NCBI GenBank assembly: GCA_034661055.1
Contig: JAYEKO010000074.1
Span: 1-32,503 of the forward strand
Direction: 5' to 3'
Source of the DNA: Campylobacterota bacterium
GTDB lineage: Bacteria; Campylobacterota; Campylobacteria; Campylobacterales; Sulfurimonadaceae
DNA: 32,503 nucleotides
Positions 1 to 8,214 of the stretch are shown one piece after another. The notes beneath the pieces were generated by a model. The model ran no database searches, was not told the DNA's origin, and was given only the letters and a program-made list of their open reading frames with translations. The stretch's first letter is position 1; every line of letters begins with the position of its first letter. The position numbers and the translations under genes were made by a program.

Positions 1-38
1 CATAACTTAATTATGGGTTGACCCATAATTAAGTTATG
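1..38. repeat. Perfect 18-bp inverted repeat with 2-nt spacer at the window edge
   Basis: cataacttaattatgggt-tg-acccataattaagttatg. Confidence 0.9.
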
Positions 39-1241
39 CTTTGTACTGCTTTTATGATATATCTCTATATTAGACTTCTGTTTTGCTAGAGATGTCATCA
101 GTGTATAGTCGGCAAGTGAAAGCAGCTCTTTAATTTTTTCATGTGGATAGTAGGGAGTTAAAGCGATATTAAAATGGCAATCACTTCCTTTTAAAAAGAT
201 AGAGTCGGCACTATTTTTAAAAGACAAACAGATGTTTTTTGCATAAGTTAGCGCTTCTTCTTCAGTTAGCGAAGGAAGAATAATTGAAAATTCATTTTCT
301 CTAATACGACATCCTATATGATATGGGTTGCCTGCAGTTATTTCTGAAATCACATGAGAAACAGTGTGTAAAAGAGAGGTTAATGCCTCATGCCCAAAAG
401 AGTTTGCAACACTTTTTAGATGATCTAAATTTATTAGCATTAAAAAACCATAAGAGAAGCGATTATCGGACTCCAAATAGTTTTTGAGTTTTAGGTTGAA
501 AAACTCTCGATTTTTCAATCCACTTTCTCTATCTTTATAGAGTAGTTCATGATTTATTCGTGCAGTTTTAGCCTCCTGTGCAAAAATATCCTGAATTTTT
601 GTAACTAGACCATTCATACCACTAACGACATCTCGAAATTCGGTTGTAAAAGGTATATCTTTAGAGATAAAAAAGTCATTATTCATGACTAGGGCTGCCT
701 GTTTTTGTACTGTTTTTAAAGAGTTAAGAACTATTTTAAGCAGTGTAAAAATGCTAAAAAGTGCTATTAGAGTTAAAATAATAAATGTCTGAACAATACC
801 AATAAGTGTCTGCCAAAGCTGATAGTAGGCGTGACCACTATTGCTTCGAACATGTATTTCACCATAAGGCATCCAGTTCTTTGTCATCTTAGATGTTGCC
901 TCAGGACTTTTAAGGTCAACATAGGTTAAGAACCATTTGGGAAGATCTTTTACGGTAACTGTTTGTTCACGTTTATAGACAATATTGCCTGCGTTGTCAG
1001 TAAATGAAATGAGTTCATAATAGCCACTGTCAAATATAGCATTTATCATCACTTCAACACTTGCATGATCTTCTACATTGGTGATGGAAAGTCCTAAGGA
1101 AGTTGCTGTATCGTTGGCACTTGAGTACAACTGCTCTTGTATAAACTCATTAGCAGTGTTAAAGTTGTGTACCATAACACTACTAAGAAGTAGCACCACA
1201 AAAATTGAAATTATTATGAGAATCTGTTTAAAAAGTGTCAT
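1..1241 (-). CDS. lapD: LapD/MoxY-family c-di-GMP receptor (periplasmic output domain, HAMP, degenerate GGDEF); 3' part with expected EAL domain lies beyond the window edge
   Basis: Hand translation from ATG at 1241, which overlaps the lapG stop (ATGA): MTLFKQILIIISIFVVLLLSSVMVHNFNTANEFIQEQLYSSANDTATSLGLSIT, typical of LapD N-termini. NWMP loop Trp at 873-875; degenerate GGDEF motif RENEF at 288-302. No stop seen in the segments translated; frame is open at position 3. Confidence 0.9.
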   Translation of the reverse strand, partial: MTLFKQILIIISIFVVLLLSSVMVHNFNTANEFIQEQLYSSANDTATSLGLSITNVEDHASVEVMINAIFDSGYYELISFTDNAGNIVYKREQTVTVKDLPKWFLTYVDLKSPEATSKMTKNWMPYGEIHVRSNSGHAYYQLWQTLIGIVQTFIILTLIALFSIFTLLKIVLNSLKTVQKQAALVMNNDFFISKDIPFTTEFRDVVSGMNGLVTKIQDIFAQEAKTARINHELLYKDRESGLKNREFFNLKLKNYLESDNRFSYGFLMLINLDHLKSVANSFGHEALTSLLHTVSHVISEITAGNPYHIGCRIRENEFSIILPSLTEEEALTYAKNICLSFKNSADSIFLKGSDCHFNIALTPYYPHEKIKELLSLADYTLMTSLAKQKSNIEIYHKSSTKHNLIMGQPIIKL

Positions 1242-1918
1242 AACTGCTCCATTGTAACACGAGATAAAAACTCTACCCATCGTCTATTTTTCTTTAACCC
1301 TGATGGGACAATTTGACCAAGTGATTTCTGTTTATTGAGGTAGAGTGCTTCAGCATTAAAACTGTAAACATGTTTAAGGTCATGTCTCTGTGACGCAAGT
1401 AGAGTTTTTTTATTGATATTATCTAAAACAAGAGGTATAGAGTTTGGTTTCTCAACATAAGTAAGTACCATATGTGCCTGATTTGCAGGGAGGTAAGTGA
1501 CGTAAGTAAAATATAGCTTCTCTTGTGCAATGCCAAGTTTTAAAAGTGCAAAAAACTTTGCAATGACATAATCTTCACAATCCCCTTCATTGACACCTAA
1601 AAATTCTAACGGTGTCGCCCAATAGTCCTCTTTTCCCCACTTTTGTTGATCTGTTGAGAAAGGTACCTTGTTAAAAAAGTCATTAACACTGCGTAGCTGC
1701 TTTTCTACTGACTCTTGTTGAACTGAATGTAGAAGCCTATTCATATTCTCTACCCTCATGGAGGCATCAGAACCGTACTTCTTTCGCACTTGTTGAAGTG
1801 TTTTTTTAGAGACTAAAAACTCTTGCGCTGTCAAACTTTTTAAGGGCACAATCAACATATTTATGTAAACACCCAATATGACTACTGCGCCAATACGGCT
1901 ATATCCTCTTTTTTTCAT
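1238..1918 (-). CDS. lapG: LapG-family transglutaminase-like periplasmic cysteine protease (BTLCP)
   Basis: WGKEDYWATPLEFL, GDCEDY (catalytic Cys), AHMVL (His), LVLDN (Asp); N-terminal hydrophobic signal; translationally coupled to lapD. Confidence 0.92.
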   Translation of the reverse strand: MKKRGYSRIGAVVILGVYINMLIVPLKSLTAQEFLVSKKTLQQVRKKYGSDASMRVENMNRLLHSVQQESVEKQLRSVNDFFNKVPFSTDQQKWGKEDYWATPLEFLGVNEGDCEDYVIAKFFALLKLGIAQEKLYFTYVTYLPANQAHMVLTYVEKPNSIPLVLDNINKKTLLASQRHDLKHVYSFNAEALYLNKQKSLGQIVPSGLKKNRRWVEFLSRVTMEQL

Positions 1919-2053
1919 ACATAACCATTGTATCGTAAGCTTTCTAAATATAACAAAACAGATAAACTTTAATAGTTACATGTAATCCTTAAGAGAAATC
2001 AATATTAGTTACTGTATAAATTCATCAAAATTATTCTTATGAGGAAAACAGAG

Positions 2054-2587
2054 ATGAAAAAAATATTTTTAGTTACGGCTATTGCAGGTATGCTACTACT
2101 ATCTACAGGATGTTCAAAGAGTGACACAGTGGTAAATATTGATGTTGTAAGTATTAACAGTGGTACTGTTGCGCCCAATATTGCTATTGGTAAAGAGCTC
2201 TCAGTTCTTGAGTTTACAGACCAGCATGAACAAAAACATATTTTAAATAATGCAACAAAGAAGGTTATTTTTGCATTTAAAAAAGATATGGGACATATTG
2301 TAAAAGAGCTGTTGTCTTCAAAACCGCAAAACTATTTAGGTAGTAAAGACAGTTATTTTGTAGCTGATGTGAGTAAGATGCCATCACTTATTTTTAAGTA
2401 TGCAGCACTACCAGACCTTAAAGAGAGCCTATATCCAGTACTGTTACTCACTGATGAAGCTGTTGCTGCTGGTTTTATTAATGAAAAAGAGATTGAAAGA
2501 ATTATGGTAGTGACACTGCATAACAAAATTGTAGAAAATGTTACTTTTGTTGCAACCGCGGCAGATTTACTAAAAGAGATCGATTAG
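2054..2587 (+). CDS. Lipoprotein of unknown function
   Basis: MKKIFLVTAIAGMLLLSTGC lipobox-type signal; GAGGA SD-like motif upstream of ATG 2054 (ORF track starts at 2039). Confidence 0.7.
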   Translation: MKKIFLVTAIAGMLLLSTGCSKSDTVVNIDVVSINSGTVAPNIAIGKELSVLEFTDQHEQKHILNNATKKVIFAFKKDMGHIVKELLSSKPQNYLGSKDSYFVADVSKMPSLIFKYAALPDLKESLYPVLLLTDEAVAAGFINEKEIERIMVVTLHNKIVENVTFVATAADLLKEID

Positions 2588-2597
2588 CACGACATTT

Positions 2598-3509
2598 CTA
2601 TTTTAAAATCTCTTTTGCAATGCTAAATTGATTAGCCGTCATGAGATGGATTTTTGGGTGAAGTGCTTTTAAGTCTTCAAACAGTGTTTTACTCAACTCA
2701 AATCCTACTTTATACTCCTCTTTAGAAGAGACCTCATTGGCAACTCTTAACCTTTCAATCCACTCTTTTGGAACATTAATGCCAGGAACATGTGAGGCTA
2801 AAAACTGTGCGGTGCGCAGTTTTGTAATAGGAAATACTCCAAAAATGAGTTGGGCATTTTTCCCCTCACTACAGCACTCTTGGTTTGCGTTATCCATAAG
2901 CTCCAAAAGAATTTTGGCATTGTCAACATTATAAACTGGTTGAGTAATGATTCCCAGCGTCCCATGACTAATCTTCTTTTGCATCTTTTTCTGTAGTGTT
3001 TTAGGGTTTTTTGCATAAGCATTGACAACAGAAAACGGGTAAATACTCTCTGGTTTTAGTGCCAAGGGTTTTCCTGCATAGTCTATGCCGCTGTTAAAGC
3101 AGGAAATCATATCTAAAAGAAGAGAGCTGTCACTCTCAAAAACTCCTTTAGAATTTGGCTGGTCAGATATTTTAGCTGGGTCTCCAGTAAGTGCTAAAAT
3201 AGCACGAATATCTACTTCATTGGCACCTAGCATGTCAGATTGCAATGCAATTCTATTGCGATCACGCATACTCATAGTTGCAATGACCGGTTTATTAAAA
3301 CGGTCTTGCAGAAGCTTTGCTGCAAACATTGCATTATATTTTAGTTTTGCCAGAGGATTGTCAGTAGTACTAAAAGCATCTACATACTTATGAAGTTCTA
3401 GCGCTTCAATCTTGTCAATTGTCGGTTTAAATTGAGGTGAGTGTCCAGGTGTTGTCTCAAGTGTTATGTAACTGTCGGTCTGTAGTTTATTAATTAGTGT
3501 TTCAAACAA
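2598..3509 (-). CDS. metF: Methylenetetrahydrofolate reductase
   Basis: TDNPLA, MRDRNRIALQSDMLGA, ILALTGDP, IITQPVY and HVPGINVP motifs of the MTHFR family. Confidence 0.85.
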   Translation of the reverse strand: MFETLINKLQTDSYITLETTPGHSPQFKPTIDKIEALELHKYVDAFSTTDNPLAKLKYNAMFAAKLLQDRFNKPVIATMSMRDRNRIALQSDMLGANEVDIRAILALTGDPAKISDQPNSKGVFESDSSLLLDMISCFNSGIDYAGKPLALKPESIYPFSVVNAYAKNPKTLQKKMQKKISHGTLGIITQPVYNVDNAKILLELMDNANQECCSEGKNAQLIFGVFPITKLRTAQFLASHVPGINVPKEWIERLRVANEVSSKEEYKVGFELSKTLFEDLKALHPKIHLMTANQFSIAKEILK

Positions 3510-3573
3510 ATGCTTATGCTCTCTATATTGGATATAATTGCAACATTATAACAAGATAAAATGAAAGAGAATA

Positions 3574-4197
3574 ATGAAACTTTGTGTATTTGATTTTGAT
3601 TCGACATTAATGGATGGTGAGACTATTGATTTTTTTGCTGAAGCAATTGGTATTAAAGATGAGGTCGCTACCATTACTGAACGTGCTATGAGTGGAAAGC
3701 TTGACTTTTTTGAGAGTCTTCAACAGCGTGTTGGACTTTTAAAAGGTCTGGATTTTAAGACGGTTGAAGACATTAGCCATAACCTGCCTTATATGAATGG
3801 AGCAGAGCAAACCATAACTGAACTTAAAAAAGCAGGCTATACAGTAGTATGTTTTAGTGGTGGATTTCGTACTGCGACAACCTATGCTAAGGATATCTTA
3901 GGATATGATGCTGACTTTTCAAATGTATTGCACCATAAAGATGGAAAGCTTACTGGTTTAGTAGGTGGTGATATGATGTTTGACTTTTCAAAAGGTGACA
4001 TGATTACGCGTTTACAGAAGATTTTACATGTAAATTGTGAAAACACTATGGTTGTAGGAGATGGTGCCAATGATAGAAGTATGTTTGCTCATGCCGATAC
4101 GCGAGTAGCATTTTGTGCAAAAGAGATTTTAAAACGAGAAGCTAATATTATTATTGAGACCAAAGACTTAACACAAATTTTAGATAAGGTACTATGA
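3574..4197 (+). CDS. serB: Phosphoserine phosphatase (HAD family)
   Basis: FDFDSTL (DxDST), SGGF, VGDGAND motifs. Confidence 0.93.
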   Translation: MKLCVFDFDSTLMDGETIDFFAEAIGIKDEVATITERAMSGKLDFFESLQQRVGLLKGLDFKTVEDISHNLPYMNGAEQTITELKKAGYTVVCFSGGFRTATTYAKDILGYDADFSNVLHHKDGKLTGLVGGDMMFDFSKGDMITRLQKILHVNCENTMVVGDGANDRSMFAHADTRVAFCAKEILKREANIIIETKDLTQILDKVL

Positions 4198-4532
4198 TGT
4201 TAGAGAACTCACTATGGCATAAGTACAGTGCTAATAAAACCATACAAGCTGTTCTAGCAGCACTATATGATGCAGATGCTAAAGAGATTGCTGGAGCTGA
4301 AAATGAGCTGTATGCTATTTTAAAACGTCAATTGACTAAAAGAGAGTTACGACTGTTTATTATGAATGAATCAGGGATTACTGTAGATGAGATCAAAAAG
4401 AGTATGCAGCTAGATGATGAGACGTTTGAAGCTATTAAGAAAAAAGTTTATAGAAAGTTCAAGATAGATAAATTAAAGAATTCAATTTTTAATAGTGGTG
4501 TTTCAAATAGAGACACCAAAGCAAGTGTGTAA
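4194..4532 (+). CDS. Hypothetical protein with sigma-region-4/LuxR-like helix-turn-helix pattern
   Basis: Overlaps serB stop (ATGA); LTKRELRLFIMNESGITVDEIKKSMQLDDETFEAIKKKVYRKF resembles the LTxRE...G.S..EIA..L....T.......RKL pattern. Confidence 0.55.
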   Translation: MMLENSLWHKYSANKTIQAVLAALYDADAKEIAGAENELYAILKRQLTKRELRLFIMNESGITVDEIKKSMQLDDETFEAIKKKVYRKFKIDKLKNSIFNSGVSNRDTKASV

Positions 4533-4609
4533 GAATAAATATATTTTTTTAGCTTATATTTACTTTTTTGGGGGTATCATTGTTCTCGAATCTAAAATAT
4601 GGAGAAAAC

Positions 4610-4948
4610 ATGAATAAAATGTTAAAACAACTACTTGTAGTATTGGCACTAACAATGTTCGGTGCAACTGCATCATATGCAGACGCTGCTAAAGGTCAAA
4701 AAGTTTACCTTAAGAAGTTCAAATCTAAATTTGAATTAAATGGTGCTAAGTTTGCTGCACTTCACTCTCAAGATGAGTGGGAAACACTATTTGCAGACGA
4801 CGCCGCAGGTTTCATTAAGGAATTTTCTGAAAAATATCCAAAATCAGCTGATTACTTAAATAAGCCAAAAACACTTAAGAGAATTAACTTACTTAAAGAC
4901 TTTTGTATTGAGTACGCTAACGATTCAGGAAACGTTCCTTCTTGTTAA
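4610..4948 (+). CDS. Small exported protein with cytochrome c-like N-terminus but no CxxCH motif
   Basis: GGAG SD before ATG 4610; signal peptide ending ASYA; mature DAAKGQKVY...; C-terminus DSGNVPSC. Confidence 0.65.
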   Translation: MNKMLKQLLVVLALTMFGATASYADAAKGQKVYLKKFKSKFELNGAKFAALHSQDEWETLFADDAAGFIKEFSEKYPKSADYLNKPKTLKRINLLKDFCIEYANDSGNVPSC

Positions 4949-4954
4949 TGCTTA

Positions 4955-4979
4955 AAAACTCCCTATTTTAGGGAGTTTT
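4955..4979. terminator. Bidirectional intrinsic terminator
   Basis: aaaactcccta-ttt-tagggagtttt between convergent genes, with A/T tails on both sides. Confidence 0.8.
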
Positions 4980-5008
4980 ACTTCTATATTCTACTAGCTT
5001 CATGGTAT

Positions 5009-6400
5009 TTAATCCTTGTCAATTACTGCTCCATTGTCACTAAGCAGTTGTATAATAGATTGATATTTTTTCTCCTTAGCAATCTTTAGCGCAGAGTTGC
5101 CGTTAGATGAATTAAAATTAATATTGGACCCATACTCTAAAAGTAGTTTTGCAAGGCTATAGTTATTGTAGTAGCAACTAAACATCAGAGCAGTCCACTC
5201 AAAATTATCGACTAAATTGACATCACAGTAGTGCTTTAATAAAATGTTAATAGCGTCCATTCGTTGCATTGTTGAGCAGAGCATAAGAGCGGTTCTTCCA
5301 TTTTTATCGGCATGATCAACATTAGCCCCAAGGGTGATTAACATCTCTAAATGTTCTAACATATTTTGCGTATGGGCATTAGTGGCACATTGAATGAGTG
5401 GTGTCCACTGCAACTCATTAGTAATGACATCAACATGGGCACCTTTAATAAGTAGAAGTGTCTCAAGGTTTCTAAATTCATCGGCAGATGTAGTATAGTA
5501 GAAGATGGCTTCATGGGTTAGTGTCAAAGGAGTATTAATATTCATAAATGAGTTAACATCTGCTCCACTATTTATTAAAAATTCAGCACTTTTTGCATGT
5601 CCAAACTTAATAGATAAAGAAAGAGCTGACTCCTCTACACTATTTTTATGTTCAAGTGTTGCATCTCTTTGAAGCAGAAATTTAAGCATGGCTGTATTGT
5701 CGCGATGACGTGACAGTAAGGTAAGTGGAGTGTCTAGGTAGTCATTCTCCTCATCAACCTTACAGCCACTGTTTAAAAGGTAACAGACAAGCTTTATGTT
5801 AAGGCTTAAAACTGCAAAGTGCAAAAGAGTATTTCCTTTTGTACTTTTTACATGTAGATTTTCTCCGAGCGTTTTTGCCAGGACAATACTAAAAAGGTCT
5901 CCCTCTTTAGCACTCTCATATATTGACTTATTAGCCCGATACATTGCAGGTGTGTTTTTAAGTAGTGTGATGCTCTGTTCATCTTCTAAAAGCTGTGCTA
6001 AAGCTAAAGGTGAAATACCGTCACTATCTTGATTGTCAGTAGATGCACCATGACGCAATAGAAGATGTATGATTTCATGGAGTCTATAGTGTATCGCAAT
6101 ATGCAGCGCACTTTGACGATGACTGTTTTGAATATTTGCCGATGCCCCATAAGAGAGAAGAGTCTCAATAGCACGATACTCTTTAAGCATAATAGCATAG
6201 ATGAGAGGAGGGGTATGGGCACACTCATTATGGTCAACATTAAATCCATCTAAAATTAGTGTTTCTAAATGTTTGTGTTGTGCAAGTTTTATGGCTTCAT
6301 AAAAGTCATGTTCTGGATGCTCAATAACATGGGCTTCTTGTGGATGGTAAAGAGAAGTATTTAATATTAGTTTGCTCTGTAGTCGTTCCATAAAAGCCAT
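5009..6400 (-). CDS. Ankyrin-repeat protein (about 12 repeats)
   Basis: Repeated G.T(P/A)L..A....LL..GA.(V/I)(N/D) units (QSALHIAI, NTLLHFAV, WTPLIQCA, RTALMLCS, WTALMFSC, NSALKIAK); no signal peptide. Confidence 0.92.
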   Translation of the reverse strand: MAFMERLQSKLILNTSLYHPQEAHVIEHPEHDFYEAIKLAQHKHLETLILDGFNVDHNECAHTPPLIYAIMLKEYRAIETLLSYGASANIQNSHRQSALHIAIHYRLHEIIHLLLRHGASTDNQDSDGISPLALAQLLEDEQSITLLKNTPAMYRANKSIYESAKEGDLFSIVLAKTLGENLHVKSTKGNTLLHFAVLSLNIKLVCYLLNSGCKVDEENDYLDTPLTLLSRHRDNTAMLKFLLQRDATLEHKNSVEESALSLSIKFGHAKSAEFLINSGADVNSFMNINTPLTLTHEAIFYYTTSADEFRNLETLLLIKGAHVDVITNELQWTPLIQCATNAHTQNMLEHLEMLITLGANVDHADKNGRTALMLCSTMQRMDAINILLKHYCDVNLVDNFEWTALMFSCYYNNYSLAKLLLEYGSNINFNSSNGNSALKIAKEKKYQSIIQLLSDNGAVIDKD

Positions 6401-6409
6401 AAAGTTTAC

Positions 6410-6598
6410 CTACCCATCAATAGATTGAATCATCTCATTTTTAAAATCAGTAGCAGTGTTTCCAGTCTCATGAGAGTAAATTATATACGCTCCAACCATT
6501 AGAATAATGAGAGCCAGCATATTATTGTGGCTTCTATTAAAAGAGAATGCTAAAAAAGCAATAACTGCTAAAGAAGCCGGGTACATCCATCCGTCCAT
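6410..6598 (-). CDS. Small two-TM membrane protein
   Basis: 62 aa with two hydrophobic segments; AGGA SD upstream; ends 9 nt before the ankyrin gene start. Confidence 0.65.
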   Translation of the reverse strand: MDGWMYPASLAVIAFLAFSFNRSHNNMLALIILMVGAYIIYSHETGNTATDFKNEMIQSIDG

Positions 6599-6682
6599 TT
6601 TGTAATCCTGTTTAGTAATTTAAGGGCATCTCTAATAACCCTAAACAGTCTATTTATGGTTTTTAGAAATGCTCTTGATTGA

Positions 6683-6691
6683 ATTGTAGCA
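6683..6691 (-). promoter_or_regulatory. Extended -10 promoter for the membrane protein/ankyrin operon
   Basis: TGcTACAAT on the minus strand. Confidence 0.5.
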
Positions 6692-6919
6692 CATTTTTAT
6701 TGACAGCCATAGAGAAGCACTTGATATTAGAATTAGCGGTGTTAAGTAGCGGAACAAAAATAACTTCATAGTTCAACAGCATTTAAAAGGTTTAGATTCA
6801 AGGCGAAGCTTTGAGGTGATGCCAAAGCATCATCGACTAACTACTTATGTTTACGACATCTGGATTGATACCTAGTTGTTATAAAAGTCTTGTATTTGAA
6901 GCTATGTAGGCTGTGAAAG

Positions 6920-6994
6920 TGGTGACCCCTAGGAGAATTGAACTCCTGTAACATGGATGAAAACCATGGATCCTAACCGCTAGACGAAGGGGCC
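6920..6994 (-). tRNA. tRNA-Glu (UUC)
   Basis: GGCCCCT/AGGGGTC acceptor stem, anticodon arm CATGG-TT-TTC-AT-CCATG, GTTCAATTC T-loop, encoded CCA. Confidence 0.95.
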
Positions 6995-7111
6995 ACTTTG
7001 TAGTATATAGTAAGAGATTTCAAATCGAACGAGTTCGATGAGCCTTACGCTGAGTAAAACCAAGCGTTAGCGTAGTAAAACGGGCTTTTGCTCGTTTTGC
7101 GTACAAATCAA

Positions 7112-7187
7112 TGGTGTCCTGTGATGGATTCGAACCATCGGCCACATCATTAAAAGTGACGTGCTCTACCAGCTGAGCTAACAAGAC
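7112..7187 (-). tRNA. tRNA-Lys (UUU)
   Basis: GTCTTGT acceptor, TAGCTCAGCTGGTAGAGC D-arm, CGTCA-CT-TTT-AA-TGATG anticodon arm, GGTTCGAATCC, encoded CCA. Confidence 0.96.
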
Positions 7188-7218
7188 ATTATAAACAAAC
7201 TTTCGTTTGTGGACGGGA

Positions 7219-7247
7219 ATTATAGTAAAAGAGTTTCATAATGTCAA
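7219..7247 (-). promoter_or_regulatory. Consensus sigma70 promoter of the tRNA-Lys/tRNA-Glu operon
   Basis: TTGACA (7247-7242), 17-nt spacer, TATAAT (7224-7219), then a GC-rich discriminator TCCCGTCC. Confidence 0.85.
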
Positions 7248-7311
7248 TGAATTTTAAGATATATTTTCAAATTTATAAAAAAATGGGAAAAATTAGCTAG
7301 AATGTATAATA

Positions 7312-8214
7312 ATGAATTGGTTTAGCTTTGAGTACCCTTTAGCAGTTTTGCTTTTATTACCACTAATATATTGCCTTTACAGGTGTAAAGAGAAATTACA
7401 TGTAAATTATTTTGTGCACCTGCATCTTTTCTCTCCTAGTAAAGGGTGGCTAAAATTAGAGTGGATTATTAAAATTTTGGTACTTATTTCACTTACTGTT
7501 GCACTCTGCTCTCCTATTGTTGTCGATAAACTATCATCTCACAATAAGCAGGGTCGAGATATTGTTTTGGCTCTTGATGGCAGTGGGAGCATGAATGCTT
7601 CAGGGTTTCATAAAAGCAGTCGTCAAAGTCGTTTTGAGATTGTTAAGGAGTTGGCCCAAGAGTTTATTTTAAAACGAGATGACGACAATATTGGTGTGGT
7701 CTATTATGGTGATTTTGCTTTTATTGCTTCGCCCATCACCTATGAAAAATCTATTGTATCTGATATGATTGGCTATTTAAACTATGCCATGGCTGGGCAG
7801 AATACCTCTATTGGTGAAGGTGTCGCTATGAGTGTTCGGGCTTTTAGTAAGAGTAAAGCAGCATCTAAAATTATCATACTCTTAAGTGATGGTGAACACA
7901 ATAGTGGTCGCATATCTCCTAAAGATGCGGTATTTTTAGCACAAGGTGCAGGTATTAAAATCTATACCATAGCAATTAGTGATAAAAATGTAGATGCTGC
8001 ACTGTTACAACAAATTGCTGCTCAGAGTGGCGGTAGTTACTTTTTTGCTTCTGATGCAGATGAGTTAAAGAATATCTATAGTGAAATCGATTTACTAGAG
8101 CGTTCTAAAATCAAAAGTAGTGAATATTTAAAAAAAGAGTATTACTATCACTATCCACTTTTAGCAGCATTTTTTCTTCTGCTATATCTACTTTATAAAA
8201 AGCAGATTGTATGA
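7312..8214 (+). CDS. batA: BatA-like vWA-domain membrane protein (copy 1)
   Basis: N-terminal F..P..LLLL TM region, MIDAS DGSGS, IILLSDGE, C-terminal TM. Confidence 0.85.
   Translation: MNWFSFEYPLAVLLLLPLIYCLYRCKEKLHVNYFVHLHLFSPSKGWLKLEWIIKILVLISLTVALCSPIVVDKLSSHNKQGRDIVLALDGSGSMNASGFHKSSRQSRFEIVKELAQEFILKRDDDNIGVVYYGDFAFIASPITYEKSIVSDMIGYLNYAMAGQNTSIGEGVAMSVRAFSKSKAASKIIILLSDGEHNSGRISPKDAVFLAQGAGIKIYTIAISDKNVDAALLQQIAAQSGGSYFFASDADELKNIYSEIDLLERSKIKSSEYLKKEYYYHYPLLAAFFLLLYLLYKKQIV

Noticed and set aside
4496..4518. Hairpin tggtgtttc-aaata-gagacacca in the 3' end of the HTH-like gene
   Set aside because: Inside the coding sequence with no U-tract on the sense strand; may be chance
6700..6733. 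TTGACA on the plus strand suggesting an sRNA promoter
   Set aside because: No good -10 at 17-nt spacing; TAGAAT is 22 nt away
5009..6920. Possible tRNA-anchored genomic island
   Set aside because: No integrase seen and no duplicated tRNA 3' end (att site) noticed; neighbours are housekeeping genes
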